From: Mustelus asterias
Taxonomy: Eukaryota
Reading direction: 5' to 3'
NCBI RefSeq assembly: GCF_964213995.1
Contig: NC_135830.1
Span: 13,702,001-13,766,000, forward strand
DNA length: 64,000 nt
Both the position numbers and the translations under genes were made by a program. The stretch's first letter is position 1. Each line of letters begins with the position of its first letter. Positions 37,906-49,710 of this stretch are shown here, piece by piece. The notes under the pieces were generated by a model. That model was not told the DNA's origin and ran no database searches. It saw only the letters and a list, made by a program, of their open reading frames with translations.

Positions 37906-39057
37906 CACCACACGACAGCAGTTTGAAAATGGTCGCTCAATACTTGTGCCAATTTGAGCAGCAGGGAGAAATATCAGTCCCATTACACAATCCCGTCAAT
38001 TACCCACAACAATTCATATTTACAGTGCCCTGGCTGGTTCCTCCTGGAAAAATGTGTAAGCTACCTTCAACTGCATTAAATTTCACTGTCGCTCACCACA
38101 TTCAAAGAGCAATGTTCGCATAGAACTGATATCAGCCTTACTGCGATAAATGTGCTGAACAACATCAGCTTATCACAGCTCTGTTTCCGTCACAATGGAA
38201 GCCAGTGTGAAAATATGAACAATTTCAAATCTTAACAGACAGGCAGGAGTTTGTGCCTGCGGATAATTGGTACTGTGCACATTGCTGCAATCAGTGTCTG
38301 GGAGAATAAGGCAAGTGAGATCCTGGTGGTCCAGCTTTCAGGGTCGCAGACTGCGTTCGATATATTAACATTTAATAGTTTTGATAAACAGACCAGCAAT
38401 ACTTCCTTGTCCAAAGCAGCTCTGCCAGAATCAGTGGACTGAGATTTGCAGTTTTGCTTCCTAGTGGGAAATGTCACATAGAGAACAGGTCAAGAACAAG
38501 CAGAGAAAGTGAAAGGCACTGATAGACTGCAAAGCGCTGCCGATAGAGATGGTGATACAAGGTAACTACTGGGTGGCAATGGGTCAGATTTAATCGTTTG
38601 CATTGACAGAAATATCACTCATTTCGGGATAAAATTCTCGGGCTAAATGACAAGAAAACTTTTCACTGAATGAAAGACTAATCAATTTGACTTCTACTGA
38701 TTGCAAACAGTTTTCATTCAGAAAGCCGTAACTGTGAGATTAGCAAAGCGGGATGGAGAAGGACTCAGTTTGAGTGGTGACGCTGCCAGAGGAATGGAGA
38801 GCTGGAGTTCACCCAGAAAAGCAGCAAAGATTCAAAATAATGGGAAGCAACCAATGTTGCCCTTGTCCATTATTCCTTGTGCCAGTTAATCCATCCTGTC
38901 TTGCTCGCTATCGCAGACTTTCCCTTTTATATTCTTTACTCAGAGATTCCCGTGTTAAATGCTGTTAAAAAAAAAACTCAACAGCTCAATTAATGTTTCA
39001 TGAGAAACGAGAATAATTCTGAAATCTGAATCACTTTGAAATGAAATCATTTGGAAA

Positions 39058-39130
39058 TGTTTCGGCCCGATCTTGAACTGGGGATTTTCTGCGTGTGAAA
39101 CGAACGTGAGAGCCACTACACGACATAGCC
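39058..39130 (-). pseudogene. tRNA-Val(CAC) pseudogene
   Basis: GTGTAGTGGCTCTCACGTTCGTTTCACACGCAGAAAATCCCCAGTTCAAGATCGGGCCGAAACA. Confidence 0.7.
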
Positions 39131-39303
39131 ATGTGCGCATTTGAAGCAGTTCCGGTTTACTGGTGGAGCAACTAAACTCGTCAGCCAAGCCAATCAGTTG
39201 CTCACTTTAATCAAAAGGGAAAATCTCAATGGGTCTGGCAGCATCTGTAAGGAGAGAAAAGAGCTAACGTTTCGAGTTTAGATGACCCTTTGTTAAAGCC
39301 TTA

Positions 39304-39375
39304 ATGCAGGACCGGGAATCGAAACCGGGCCACGGTGGTGAAAGGGCCGAATCTTAACGACTGGACCATCAGGGA
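39304..39375 (-). pseudogene. tRNA-Glu(TTC) pseudogene
   Basis: TCCCTGATGGTCCAGTCGTTAAGATTCGGCCCTTTCACCACCGTGGCCCGGTTTCGATTCCCGGTC. Confidence 0.75.
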
Positions 39376-41193
39376 GGCTGATGCATATTCCTTAAAACAT
39401 TAATTTATCCAGGAACCATCTGTCTTCTATTTTTATTTCAGACTTTTTATTCACCCAAAACAAGTTTCTCCTTGAAATTGTCATGTTTAGATCGAACACA
39501 AGTGAGTGCATCAGCCAATGAGCAGAGCGATTCCTGTTCGCTGGAACATGAAATCGACAGTGAGGTGAAATAGTCCCGCAAGCTGCTCATGTGGCACTTT
39601 CAGTTTCCAAAACCCACCAAACTCATCACTGTGGCTTCTGTGAAACTTGCAAGGTAACACACGGCAGGCATTAATCACGGAGAGCAACTGACACAAGTCA
39701 TTTGCTAAACACTATCATGTCGCTTCTCTTCCTGTTTCTGTCGCTGCTTCTCATCCAGCTCCCTCTGGCCGGTCAGCTCCCAGGGTCAATTAGCTGCTTG
39801 ATACAGACACAGACCGTTGGTGACAACGAGTTTTACCTGGAAAACAGAGTGTAAGACACACGGTGTTGAGAGGAGATGGTGTTTAGAAATGACAGTATAA
39901 AGAGACACAGATATATCATCTTCCTGATCCTCCCAGTTACTGATTACAGGAATGTACATAGTGCCAATTATCCACTGTCACCCTCTCCTTCCAGCCTTCA
40001 GCACGGAGTTACGTTTTGAAGTGTTTGAAGTCTTGCTACCGTTGTTCAGGGTTTTGTTGAGACCACATTTGGAATAGTGTGTGCAGTTTGGGTCTCCACA
40101 TTTCAGACAGAATGAAAGCAAAAATAATGAGGATGCTGGAAACTAAATCAAAAACAGCAAATGCCGCAAAATAACAACAGGTTTTCCAGCATCTGTGGAG
40201 AGAGGGTAACGTCAACGTTTTGAATGACGATGACACTTCGTCAGTGTAGGCTATACATTTATCGGAGTCGGTACAGCGAAGCTTCACTAGATTCTTCTCT
40301 GGGATGAGGGTGTATCCCTCAACGTCAGGGACCCGTGTTCAATTCCGGTCTCGTGTGACTGTTTGTGTGAAGTTTGCACGTTTTCCCCTTGTCTGTGCAT
40401 TTACTTCTGGCTCCGCTTTCCTGCCACGGTCCAAAGATCTGTGGGTTCGGTGGATTGGCCATGCTAAATTGCCTCTCAGTGTCAGAGGGACGAGCAAGGT
40501 GAATGTGTGGTTTGACGGGGATATAGTGTTGTTGGGATTGTTATTGGCATAGGCTTGGTGTACTGCAGGGATTCTCTGATTCTACGAGTTTGAAGGGTGG
40601 ATGCTGAGATAATATTCTCCTTGGTCCGGGAATCTAAAACACGGGATACAATCTCACGATAAGGCGCTGATGATTTAGGTCTGAGGTGAGGAGAAATTGA
40701 ATCACTCAAACGAGAGCGAATCTTCGGAATTCTCTACGCCAGAGGCTTGTAGATGTTCCATCATTGAACACATTTCAGTCTGGGTTTGGCAGATTTCTGA
40801 TCTCTCCAACAATGACTGGGAACAGGAATATGGAATTGGAACAAATGCTCAGCCACAAATTACTGCTTCTATTCTAATTGTTAAGCTTAACAGTATAATG
40901 GATACATGTATATGTTATATGTAATATATTTGAAATCAAAAGTCATTAAATAACGTTGGCAACACCACAGCCGGTAACTTCAGAGATAATTTTTATGAGC
41001 GTCCACGGACCCATTGCCAACTGTTTGCGTTTGAATGCTGATGTGAGAAAACACTAAGAGCTCCGTCCCTGTGTGGTCTCGAACCACAAACATAGAACAT
41101 AGAACATAGAACATAGAACATTACAGCGCAGAACAGGCCCTTCGGCCCACGATGTTGCACCGACCAGTTAAAAAAAAACTGTGACCCTCCAAC

Positions 41194-44013
41194 CTAAACC
41201 AATTTCTTTTCGTCCATGAACCTATCTACGGATCTCTTAAACGCCCCCAAACTAGGCGCATTTACTACTGATGCTGGCAGGGCATTCCAATCCCTCACCA
41301 CCCTCTGGGTAAAGAACCTACCCCTGACATCGGTTCTATAACTACCCCCCCTCAATTTAAAGCCATGCCCCCTCGTGCTGGATTTCTCCATCAGAGGAAA
41401 AAGGCTATCACTATCCACCCTATCTAAACCTCTAATCATCTTATATGTTTCAATAAGATCCCCTCTTAGCCGCCGCCTTTCCAGCGAAAACAATCCCAAA
41501 TCCCTCAGCCTCTCCTCATAGGATCTCCCCTCCATACCAGGCAACATCCTGGTAAACCTCCTCTGCACCCTCTCCAAAGCCTCCACATCCTTCCTGTAAT
41601 GTGGGGACCAGAACTGCACACAGTACTCCAAGTGCGGCCGCACCAGAGTTGTGTACAGTTGCATCATAACGCTACGACTCCTAAATTCAATCCCCCTACC
41701 AATAAACGCCAAGACACCATATGCCTTCTTAACAACCTTATCTACTTGATTCCCAACTTTCAGGGATCTATGCACACATACACCTAGATCCCTCTGCTCC
41801 TCCACACTATTCAAAGTCCTCCCGTTAGCCCTATACTCAACACATCTGTTATTCCTACCAAAGTGAATTACCTCACACTTCTCCGCATTAAACTCCATCC
41901 GCCACCTCTCGGCCCAACTTTGCAACCTGTCTAAGTCTTCCTGCAAACTACGACACCCTTCCTCACTGTCTACCACACCACCGACTTTGGTGTCATCAGC
42001 AAATTTGCTAATCCACCCAACTATACCCTCATCCAGATCATTAATAAATATTACAAACAGCAGTGGCCCCAAAACAGATCCCTGAGGTACACCACTTGTA
42101 ACCGCACTCCATGATGAATATTTACTATCAACCACCACCCTCTGTTTCCTATCCGCTAGCCAATTCCTGATCCAATTTCCTAGATCACCCCCAATCCCAT
42201 ACATCTGCATTTTCTGCAGAAGCCTACCATGGTGAACCTTATCAAACGCCTTACTAAAATCCATATATACCACGTCCACTGCCTTGCCCCCATCCACCTC
42301 CTTGGTCACTTTCTCAAAAAACTCAATAAGGTTAGTAAGGCACGACCTACCTGCCACAAAACCATGCTGACTATCACCTATCAATTCATTACTCTCCAAA
42401 TAACTATAAATCCTATCCCTTATAATTTTTTCCAACATCTTGCCGACAACAGAAGTGAGACTCACCGGTCTATAATTCCCGGGGAAGTCTCTGTTCCCCT
42501 TCTTAAACAATGGGACAACATTCGCTAACCTCCAATCTTCTGGTACTATACCAGAGGCCAACGACGACCTGAAGATCAGAGCCAGAGGCTCTGCAATCAC
42601 TTCTCTTGCCTCCCAGAGAATCCTTGGATAAATCCCATCCGGACCAGGGGATTTATCTATTTTCAGACCCTCCAGAATATCCTGCACATCCTCCTTATCA
42701 ACTGTAATACTGTCTATTCTACTCCCTTGCAACCCAGTGTCCTCCTCAGCTATATTCATGTCCCCTTGCGTGAACACCGAAGAGAAATATTGGTTCAATG
42801 CTTCACCAATCTCCTCCGGTTCCACACATAACTTCCCTCTGCCATCTATAACTGGCCCTAAACTTGCCCTAACCAACCTTCTGTTCTTGACATACCTATA
42901 GAACGCCTTAGGATTCTCTTTAACCCTATCCGCCAAAGTCTTCTCATGTCCCCTTTTAGCCCTTCTAAGCTCGCTCTTCAACTCCCTCTTAGCTAATCTA
43001 AAGCTTTCTAGTGCACTACCCGAGTGCTCACGTCTCATCCGAACATAAGCCTCCTTTTTCTTTTTAACCAACAAAGAAACTTTTTTGGTGCACCACGGTT
43101 CCCTAGCCCTACCAATTCCTCCTTGCCTGACAGGGACATACCTATCACAGACTCGCAGTAGCTGCTCCTTGAAAAAACTCCACATGTCGGACGTTCCCAG
43201 TCCCTGTAATCTCCTAGTCCAACCTATGTTTCCTAATTCTCTCCTAATAGCCTCATAATTACCCTTCCCCCAGCTAAAACCACTGGCCCGAGGTTCATGC
43301 CTATCCCTTTCCATCACTAAGGTGAACGTAACCGAATTGTGGTCACTATCACCAAAATGCACACCAACTTCCAAGTCTAGCACCTGGTCTGGCTCATTTC
43401 CCAGCACCAGATCCAATATAGCCTCACCTCTAGTTGGCCTGTCTACATACTGAGTCAAAAAACCTTCCTGCACGCTTTGAACAAAAACTGACCCCTCTAA
43501 CGAGCTAGAGCTATAACAATTCCAGTCAATATTAGTCAAGTTAAAATCCCCCATATCAATTGCCCTATTACTTTCACTCCTAAGCAGGATTGACTCCGCA
43601 ATCCTTTCCTCAACCTCTCTAGAACTTTTAGGAGGTCTATAAAAGACTCCCAACAGGGTGACCTCTCCTCTCCTATTTCTAATCTCCGCCCATACTACCT
43701 CAACAGATAAGTCCTCATCAAACCTCCTCTCTGACACTGTGATACAATCTCTGACCAATAATGCTACCCCTCCCCCTCTTCTACCTCCTTCCCTACTTCG
43801 ACTAAAACATTTGAACCCCGGGACCTGCAGCATCCATTCCTGCCCCTGCTCTATCCATGTCTCTGAAATAGCCACAACATCGAAGTCCCAGGTACTGATC
43901 CACGCTGCAAGTTCACCCACTTTATTGCGAATACTCCTGGCATTGAAGTATACACATTTCAAACCCTGCTCCACCCCACCTCTGCAATGCCGTGCATTGC
44001 AGTCCCCATCCAT
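41194..44013 (-). CDS. CR1 ORF2 (APE endonuclease + reverse transcriptase), 939 aa
   Basis: YFNARS, ISETW, GDFN and SDH endonuclease motifs; GVPQGSVLGP and FADD RT motifs. Confidence 0.97.
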   Translation of the reverse strand: MDGDCNARHCRGGVEQGLKCVYFNARSIRNKVGELAAWISTWDFDVVAISETWIEQGQEWMLQVPGFKCFSRSREGGRRGGGVALLVRDCITVSERRFDEDLSVEVVWAEIRNRRGEVTLLGVFYRPPKSSREVEERIAESILLRSESNRAIDMGDFNLTNIDWNCYSSSSLEGSVFVQSVQEGFLTQYVDRPTRGEAILDLVLGNEPDQVLDLEVGVHFGDSDHNSVTFTLVMERDRHEPRASGFSWGKGNYEAIRRELGNIGWTRRLQGLGTSDMWSFFKEQLLRVCDRYVPVRQGGIGRAREPWCTKKVSLLVKKKKEAYVRMRREHSGSALESFRLAKRELKSELRRAKRGHEKTLADRVKENPKAFYRYVKNRRLVRASLGPVIDGRGKLCVEPEEIGEALNQYFSSVFTQGDMNIAEEDTGLQGSRIDSITVDKEDVQDILEGLKIDKSPGPDGIYPRILWEAREVIAEPLALIFRSSLASGIVPEDWRLANVVPLFKKGNRDFPGNYRPVSLTSVVGKMLEKIIRDRIYSYLESNELIGDSQHGFVAGRSCLTNLIEFFEKVTKEVDGGKAVDVVYMDFSKAFDKVHHGRLLQKMQMYGIGGDLGNWIRNWLADRKQRVVVDSKYSSWSAVTSGVPQGSVLGPLLFVIFINDLDEGIVGWISKFADDTKVGGVVDSEEGCRSLQEDLDRLQSWAERWRMEFNAEKCEVIHFGRNNRCVEYRANGRTLNSVEEQRDLGVCVHRSLKVGNQVDKVVKKAYGVLAFIGRGIEFRSRSVMMQLYTTLVRPHLEYCVQFWSPHYRKDVEALERVQRRFTRMLPGMEGRSYEERLRDLGLFSLERRRLRGDLIETYKMIRGLDRVDSDSLFPLMEKSSTRGHGFKLRGGSYRTDVRGRFFTQRVVRDWNALPASVVNAPSLGAFKRSVDRFMDEKKLV

Positions 44014-44063
44014 GCATCCCTCACTTTCAGCCCCACTACTCAGGATCCCTCCCCCCCCCCGAA

Positions 44064-44993
44064 TCAGTTTAAACCTCCCTGCATGGCCTTAGCAAATTTA
44101 CCCCCCAGGATATTGGTCCCCTTCTGATTAAGGTGTAGACCATCCTTCTCATAGAGGTCACACCTTCCCCAGTACGAGCCCCAATTGCTTAAGTACCTGA
44201 ACCCCTCCCTCCTGCACCATCCCCTCAGCCATGAATTCAAACCTTCCCTCTCCCTATTCCTCTCTAAACTATCCCGTGGTACAGGCAAGAGTCCAGAGAT
44301 AACCACTCTGTCAGTCTTGGCCTTTAGTTTCCACCCCAACTCCATAAATCCCTGCCTAATATCCCCTTCCCCTATCCTCCCTATGTCGTGTGTCCCCACA
44401 TGTACAATAACTTGTGGTTTATCTCCCTCCCCCCTAAGAGTCCTGAATACCCTGTCAGACACATCCCGGACCCCAGCCCCTGGTAGGCAACACACCAACC
44501 CTGAGTCCCTACCTTTAGTTCCGACCCTCCTATCTGTCCCCTTAATTGTGGAGTCCCCAATCACAAGGCCCAGTCTTTTACAGCCCCTAACCACCTGAGC
44601 TTTCTCACTCGGCTCACCCCCAGAGATCTGCTCTCTATGCTCAGTTGATTCCTCCTCAACTGTAGCCTCCAGCACCGAAAACCTATTATGGAGGGGAACC
44701 GCCCCAGGGGATTGTCTTCCCGATTGCTTCTTACCCCTCCTCCTGGCATTGACCCAAGCCTCATTTCCAGGAGTTACTATTTCTCTATAACTCCTATCAA
44801 CTTCCACCTCCGCCTCCCGAATTATGCGGAGTTCCTCTACCTCCCCCTCCAGCTCCTTTACACGCTCCTCCAGAAGCTGCAATCTAATGCACTTCTTACA
44901 ACTAAAATCTCCTGAAACACTACTGGATTTCCTCACCACATACATCCCACAGGAGATGCAGCATACTGCCTGAACTGCCATCCCTGAAGCCAT
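44064..44993 (-). CDS. CR1 ORF1 (zinc finger/leucine zipper + SGNH esterase-like), 309 aa
   Basis: CISC...CKKC, coiled coil LLEERVKELEGEVEEL, IGDS, HVGTHD, DGLHLN; probable start MASGMAVQ at 44993. Confidence 0.93.
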   Translation of the reverse strand: MASGMAVQAVCCISCGMYVVRKSSSVSGDFSCKKCIRLQLLEERVKELEGEVEELRIIREAEVEVDRSYREIVTPGNEAWVNARRRGKKQSGRQSPGAVPLHNRFSVLEATVEEESTEHREQISGGEPSEKAQVVRGCKRLGLVIGDSTIKGTDRRVGTKGRDSGLVCCLPGAGVRDVSDRVFRTLRGEGDKPQVIVHVGTHDIGRIGEGDIRQGFMELGWKLKAKTDRVVISGLLPVPRDSLERNREREGLNSWLRGWCRREGFRYLSNWGSYWGRCDLYEKDGLHLNQKGTNILGGKFAKAMQGGLN

Positions 44994-45957
44994 TACCAGC
45001 AAGAAAAAAAGAAAACAAAAAACAAACCTTTCGGTTAACATCCGAACGCGCTGACGAATTGCACCACAGAGACTGAGACAGCAACTTTGCACGATATTCT
45101 AAACCAGGGTGTCAATGACTTCAATTATATTTCTACTGAACCTGTTCCAGAACTACAGCACGACCGTTTACAATCCTATATAAGTCTCTTTGGTTATTTT
45201 GATCCCGTAGTATTGCTGTGATGTAGCGGTTATTCCCTTTCTCCTACGGACATGCAGGTAAAATGAATCCATGTCTCTCATCACAAGAATTCAACGGGAG
45301 AGAAGGGAACTGACCACCAGAAGCCCAAGGAACCAATACTTTCCATTCAAACATCAATAACACCATTCACAGCTGCACCTCTGTCCAAATATTGTGATCC
45401 ATTTCCGTCAGAATTTGTTCCAAGATTAAATATTTACTGTTTCTTCCCCCTCATTTTGAAATGAGATTCGCTTCAATATACAACACAAATGGAATTGCAA
45501 ACCTGACGGACAAACAGTGGGAAACAAGTCACTGGGTAACACAAATCCCTGGGTGCTGATTTCCAGATTCACAACACTCAGCTTTTCACTCAAATGGAGG
45601 AATTTATCACTGAAAAGTTTTGGAAAGTTGGTCTGAATATTGTTTGTGGCTCACTCGTGTATTGTGTAAATGCCGCTCGAAGGTTCAGTGGGCGGGGTTT
45701 AAGCTGCCTTTTTTTTTCCTGAACCTGTGCTTGGTGTATTGGGATGTTTGAACCAACTCAGATCTTTTGTCCCAGAGATGTGCAGTAACCCACAGGTTGA
45801 AGCTGCAGTCGTCGCCGTCTGCTGGCAGCGAATGGGTGAATGGAGAGTTCGGGGTGAAATCCTGCTGCGTGTCCCTGTCTCACTCACTGTGGATATGTGG
45901 AAGAGAGAATCATTGATGGGGTTGTTTCGCCGACTGAAATGTGCTTTTCATAAAAAA

Positions 45958-46288
45958 TCATAGAAACCTTACTGTACAGAAAGAGGCCATTCGGCCCATC
46001 GAGTCTGCACCGACCTCAATCCCACCCAGGCCCTACCCCCATATATTTTACCCGCTAACCCCTGTAATCTACGCATCCCACGACACGAAGGGGCAATTTT
46101 AGCATGGCCAATCAACCAAACCCGCACATCTTTGGACTGTGGGAGGAAACCGGAGCACCCGGAGAAAACCCACGCAGACACGAGAAGGATGTGCAAACTC
46201 CACACAGACAGTGACCCAAGCCGGGAATCGAACCCAGGTCGCTGGAGCTATGAAGCAGCAGTGCTAACCACTGTGCTACCGTGCCGCC
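45958..46288 (-). mobile_element. Full-length HE1-like SINE
   Basis: GGGCGGCACGGTAGCACAGTGGTTAGCACTGCTGC head with B box GGTTCGATTCCC; CR1-like tail. Confidence 0.9.
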
Positions 46289-46362
46289 CTTTTGTGTGGC
46301 TGTGAACGGAGGTGTCGCTGGTGGAGCCATTAATAATATGACGCAAAACAGAAAAAGGTACT

Positions 46363-46457
46363 GCTCCAGTGGCGCAATCGGTTAGCGTGTGGTATTTATA
46401 CAGCAGTACAGCCAGCGGGCGATGCCGGGGTTGTGAGTTCGAACCTCACCCGAGGCA
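46363..46457 (+). tRNA. tRNA-Ile(TAT) with intron 46401-46421; acceptor mismatches suggest a pseudogene
   Basis: GCTCCAGTGGCGCAATCGGTTAGCGTGTGGTATTTATA[cagcagtacagccagcgggcg]ATGCCGGGGTTGTGAGTTCGAACCTCACC. Confidence 0.85.
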
Positions 46458-47265
46458 AGTGTTTTAGGTGAGAAGTTGGCCACGCGGTATCATCGCTCGT
46501 CCAGCGAAGATTCTGGGGGACCGCCACTGCAGCTGGTGGAATTTGAATACAATAAAGGCGATTGGAAGTGAGCATGCAACCAGTGTCCATTGACCGATGA
46601 TTCTCTGATGTCCGTGAGGGAAGGAAATCTGCTGTTCTTAGTTGGTCTGGCTGACACGTGACTCCAGAACCACAGCAAAGTGTTTGCATCTCAACTTGGG
46701 ACGGGCAAATAAATACTGGTCGGCGACGCTTATGTTCCACGAACGAACGAAAGAAAGAGTCTGAACATGCAGGTTTGAGAGAAGCTTTCTGAACCGTCAG
46801 AGTTGGAAACGGGAGTCTATAGAGGGATGGGGAAATGTAAAATACTGTATTCGGTTAATTTTCAACAGTAAATTATTAATCCTCACTCTGAGTTTAAAAC
46901 AACGTACAGGTGCATCTGCAGTCGCTGCTTTCTGCTGTTAGCGGGTGATTGGAGAGTGCGGAGTAAAATCTTGATGCGTGTCCCTATCTCACTCACTGTG
47001 AAGCTGGAGAATAGTTTCCCCGTCTGAAATGTGGGTTCGAGCAGTGACGGATTAACTACCACCCGGACCCCTACGCTGAGCTTTAGTACGGCCCCCTGAC
47101 CTTGCCCCCTGCCCCCTGTCCCACCTTCGTTGAATGGAATAAAGTGACGTTAAATGACGTCAGATAACTTATATCGTTGTACTATGTATAATGTACTACA
47201 TGTGTAATATCATAAAATTATATGAATCAATTACAGCCCTTTTATTCATTTATTTTTCATTTTCT

Positions 47266-49710
47266 TTACATTTGTACTTTAAAAAACTTCCATGTTTTTT
47301 GGTTTACAAAAGTGTCGATAACAGCATGTAAATCAACAGATCGAAGCATGTCTGATTCAATGTGCATGAGTGCCAGATGACTAGGTTTCTCATCGCTCAT
47401 TGTTGAGCGCAAATAGATTTTGATCCTCTTCAGTGCCGAAAATGAACACTCACCTGAACAGTTAGTGATCATTAAGGACAGATAAATTCTAAAGCAAATG
47501 TATGTATTTGGAAACACCTCGTGCAGTCGATCTCTTGCCAGAGCTCGATACATCCCAGTGACAGTGACATCATCATCGGATTGTCCTTGAATGTACTTCT
47601 GAAAGTGGACGTGCTCTTCCACAAAGGCCAAGTCAAAGTCGTCCGGATAAACTTGTATGAGGGTATTCGCTGCCTTTTTAAGTGCGTCGACATCAATATT
47701 GCAAATACGAGAAAGAAATCCAAATCGCTTGGACACAGATTTATATGCTTCAGTGCGTTTTTTAAGCTCTGCTGATAATTTGTCTAAGATCGGTAAGTAC
47801 ACGTTAATTTTGAAACTCTGGCGAGGTGAAAAATCTGTTGCCTGTGCTTTGTTTTCCTGGTACTAACTTTTCGCTTCCTTTGCGTTTCTTCTTTGTGAAC
47901 TGATGTCGCAGTCTTTGCAATGCCTTCTTGCTTAAAGTTCTCAAATGAGTCATTGATCCGGAGGTCTAAGATATAGGCCTCCAAAGACTGCAAAAGTCTC
48001 ACGCCTTCGTTAAGATATATTTCTGGGTTTTGTAAATTCAAGCTAGTTTTGTGGAATCGCTTCAAAATTGTTGCCCAAACGCTGAGAAGTATTCCATACT
48101 CCAGAGATTCCATCTTGCTCACAAGACCTCTCGCTTCTTGTCGCGTGTTTGACTTTTCATCTGCATTGTCAGCAATGCTTTCCAATTGTGATTTCACTTT
48201 CTCGTATCCCTGATTGAGGGCGGCCGCAGCACTTGCGTGAGCAGACCACCGAGTATCACTAAGTCTCTTCACAACTGCAAGATTCTTTCCAAGCTCACCC
48301 ACAAGTATTTCCCATCGGTGGGTTGAAGCACTGAAGAAATTGTACAACTGTTCAACAAAATCAAAAAAAGCAGCAGCTTTCGGAACACAATCCACTGCTG
48401 AATGACCGACAAGGTCCAACGAGTGAGCAACGCAAGGAATATAGTCAGCTACTATATTTCTCTCCTGTATTTTAGCTTGAAGACCATTACACTTGCCACT
48501 CGTGTTGCAGGCGTTGTCGTATGATTGACCTCTGCAGTTCTCTAAGTCTATTTTATCTGTTTCTAAAAACATCAGAATACTCTCGGCAAGTTGTTCACCA
48601 CTGTGACCTCTGCAATTCAGAAATATGACGCATCTTTCAATAGGACCACTCTCACGCACATATCGAAAAATGCAAGACAGCCGATCCGCGTGTGAAATAT
48701 CAGGGGATGAATTCACAGATATTGAAAACTATTTGGCTTCTTTGAGTTCCGAAATAATTTTCTCTGACACCTTTTGTCCAAGTATTTAAATCAGCTCATC
48801 GCATACTGTGGATGAAAGGTAGGAAACAGAGCCTTTACCCTTATTTCATTCATTTCAATATGAGTTGCCAAAAAAAGGATCGAATTGCGCTAACAATTCT
48901 AGTGTCCCTAGAAAATTGCCATTGTTTGGTGAACCACTACACTCGTTGTGTCCCCTAAAGGCTAGTCCCCGCTCAGCAAGAAATTTAATTGTAGCAACAA
49001 CCCTTTCCAGAAGTGCTTTCATGTAATCACGTTCTGACTGGTATTGTCGAGTAATCAAGCGGTTTACACATTCAATACCTCGAGACCTTGTAGTGAGGGC
49101 AATGGTCGCATCCCAATGGCTTTGGCTGTTTTCATGACTTTCGAATCTTTGACTTGCATTTTTCCAGTCAGAGAAGCCATGCTTCGAAAAAGCATGGTCT
49201 TCACTTGAAAACAGTTTGCAGTTAAAACAGAATGCCTTACCTGTGCTTGGAGATTAGCACAGCCAACTTCTCCTGATTTTCTCGCCATTTGTAAGGGAGC
49301 GGTAAAACATGGACTTACTAAAGTAACGTTTCTGTTTAGCGTCATATTTGATAGACTTCACAACACTGGCATTCATGTTCCAACAGACTTCGCTCCCTGT
49401 CTTTAACCAGTATACGGTGATGTCTTCTGTAATTTTGTCAGGCGGCAGGCCACGTGCCCAAATCACTCTCCATCGACTTCGACGACTTGTCTGCGATTTC
49501 TTCATCATCGGATCCGGAATGAACTTCACGTTGCGAATCTTCGCCTACTTTTCCATCGTCCACATCACCGTCCACATCATCAAGTACTGCTTCATTTGCT
49601 GGCTTAAAAACTTGTCAAGCTTGCATGTATTCCTTCGTAGACTTTCTTGTACTCTCTTGGTCTCTTTCCTTTTTTGTGCTCTGCTTTTATGTTTGTATTC
49701 AATAGTAGCC
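47266..49710 (-). pseudogene. hAT transposase pseudogene (ORF pieces 49254-49529, 48855-49058, 47784-48716, 47266-47802)
   Basis: FLAERGLAFRGH, GNFLGTLELLA, RGQSYDNA, CVAHSL, TRWS, and the dimerisation motif ECSFSALKRIKIYLRSTM. Confidence 0.9.

Larger units (their letters stand above)
41092..45021 (-). mobile_element. Young CR1 LINE with both ORFs intact
   Basis: ORF1 and ORF2 uninterrupted, (TTCTATG)n tail, TSD ACAAAC at 41086-41091 and 45022-45027. Confidence 0.96.
41064..45073 (-). pseudogene. tRNA-Asn(GTT) split by the CR1 insertion (5' part 45022-45073, 3' part 41064-41091)
   Basis: Halves rejoin to GTCTCTGTGGTGCAATTCGTCAGCGCGTTCGGATGTTAACCGAAAGGTTTGTGGTTCGAGACCACACAGGGACG. Confidence 0.9.

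Noticed and set aside
317-40924. Numerous 60-200 aa ORFs in the ORF track
   Set aside because: Apart from the CR1 fragments, they overlap tRNAs, SINEs, microsatellites or antisense TE strands and show no recognisable domains
41091-41120. (CATAGAA)n short repeats as an array or CRISPR
   Set aside because: Ordinary CR1 3' terminal repeat; the sequence is eukaryotic
44994-45092. N-terminal 33 aa of the 342-aa ORF in the ORF track
   Set aside because: Read-through across flank, tRNA-Asn half and T-rich leader; the probable ORF1 start is the ATG at 44993
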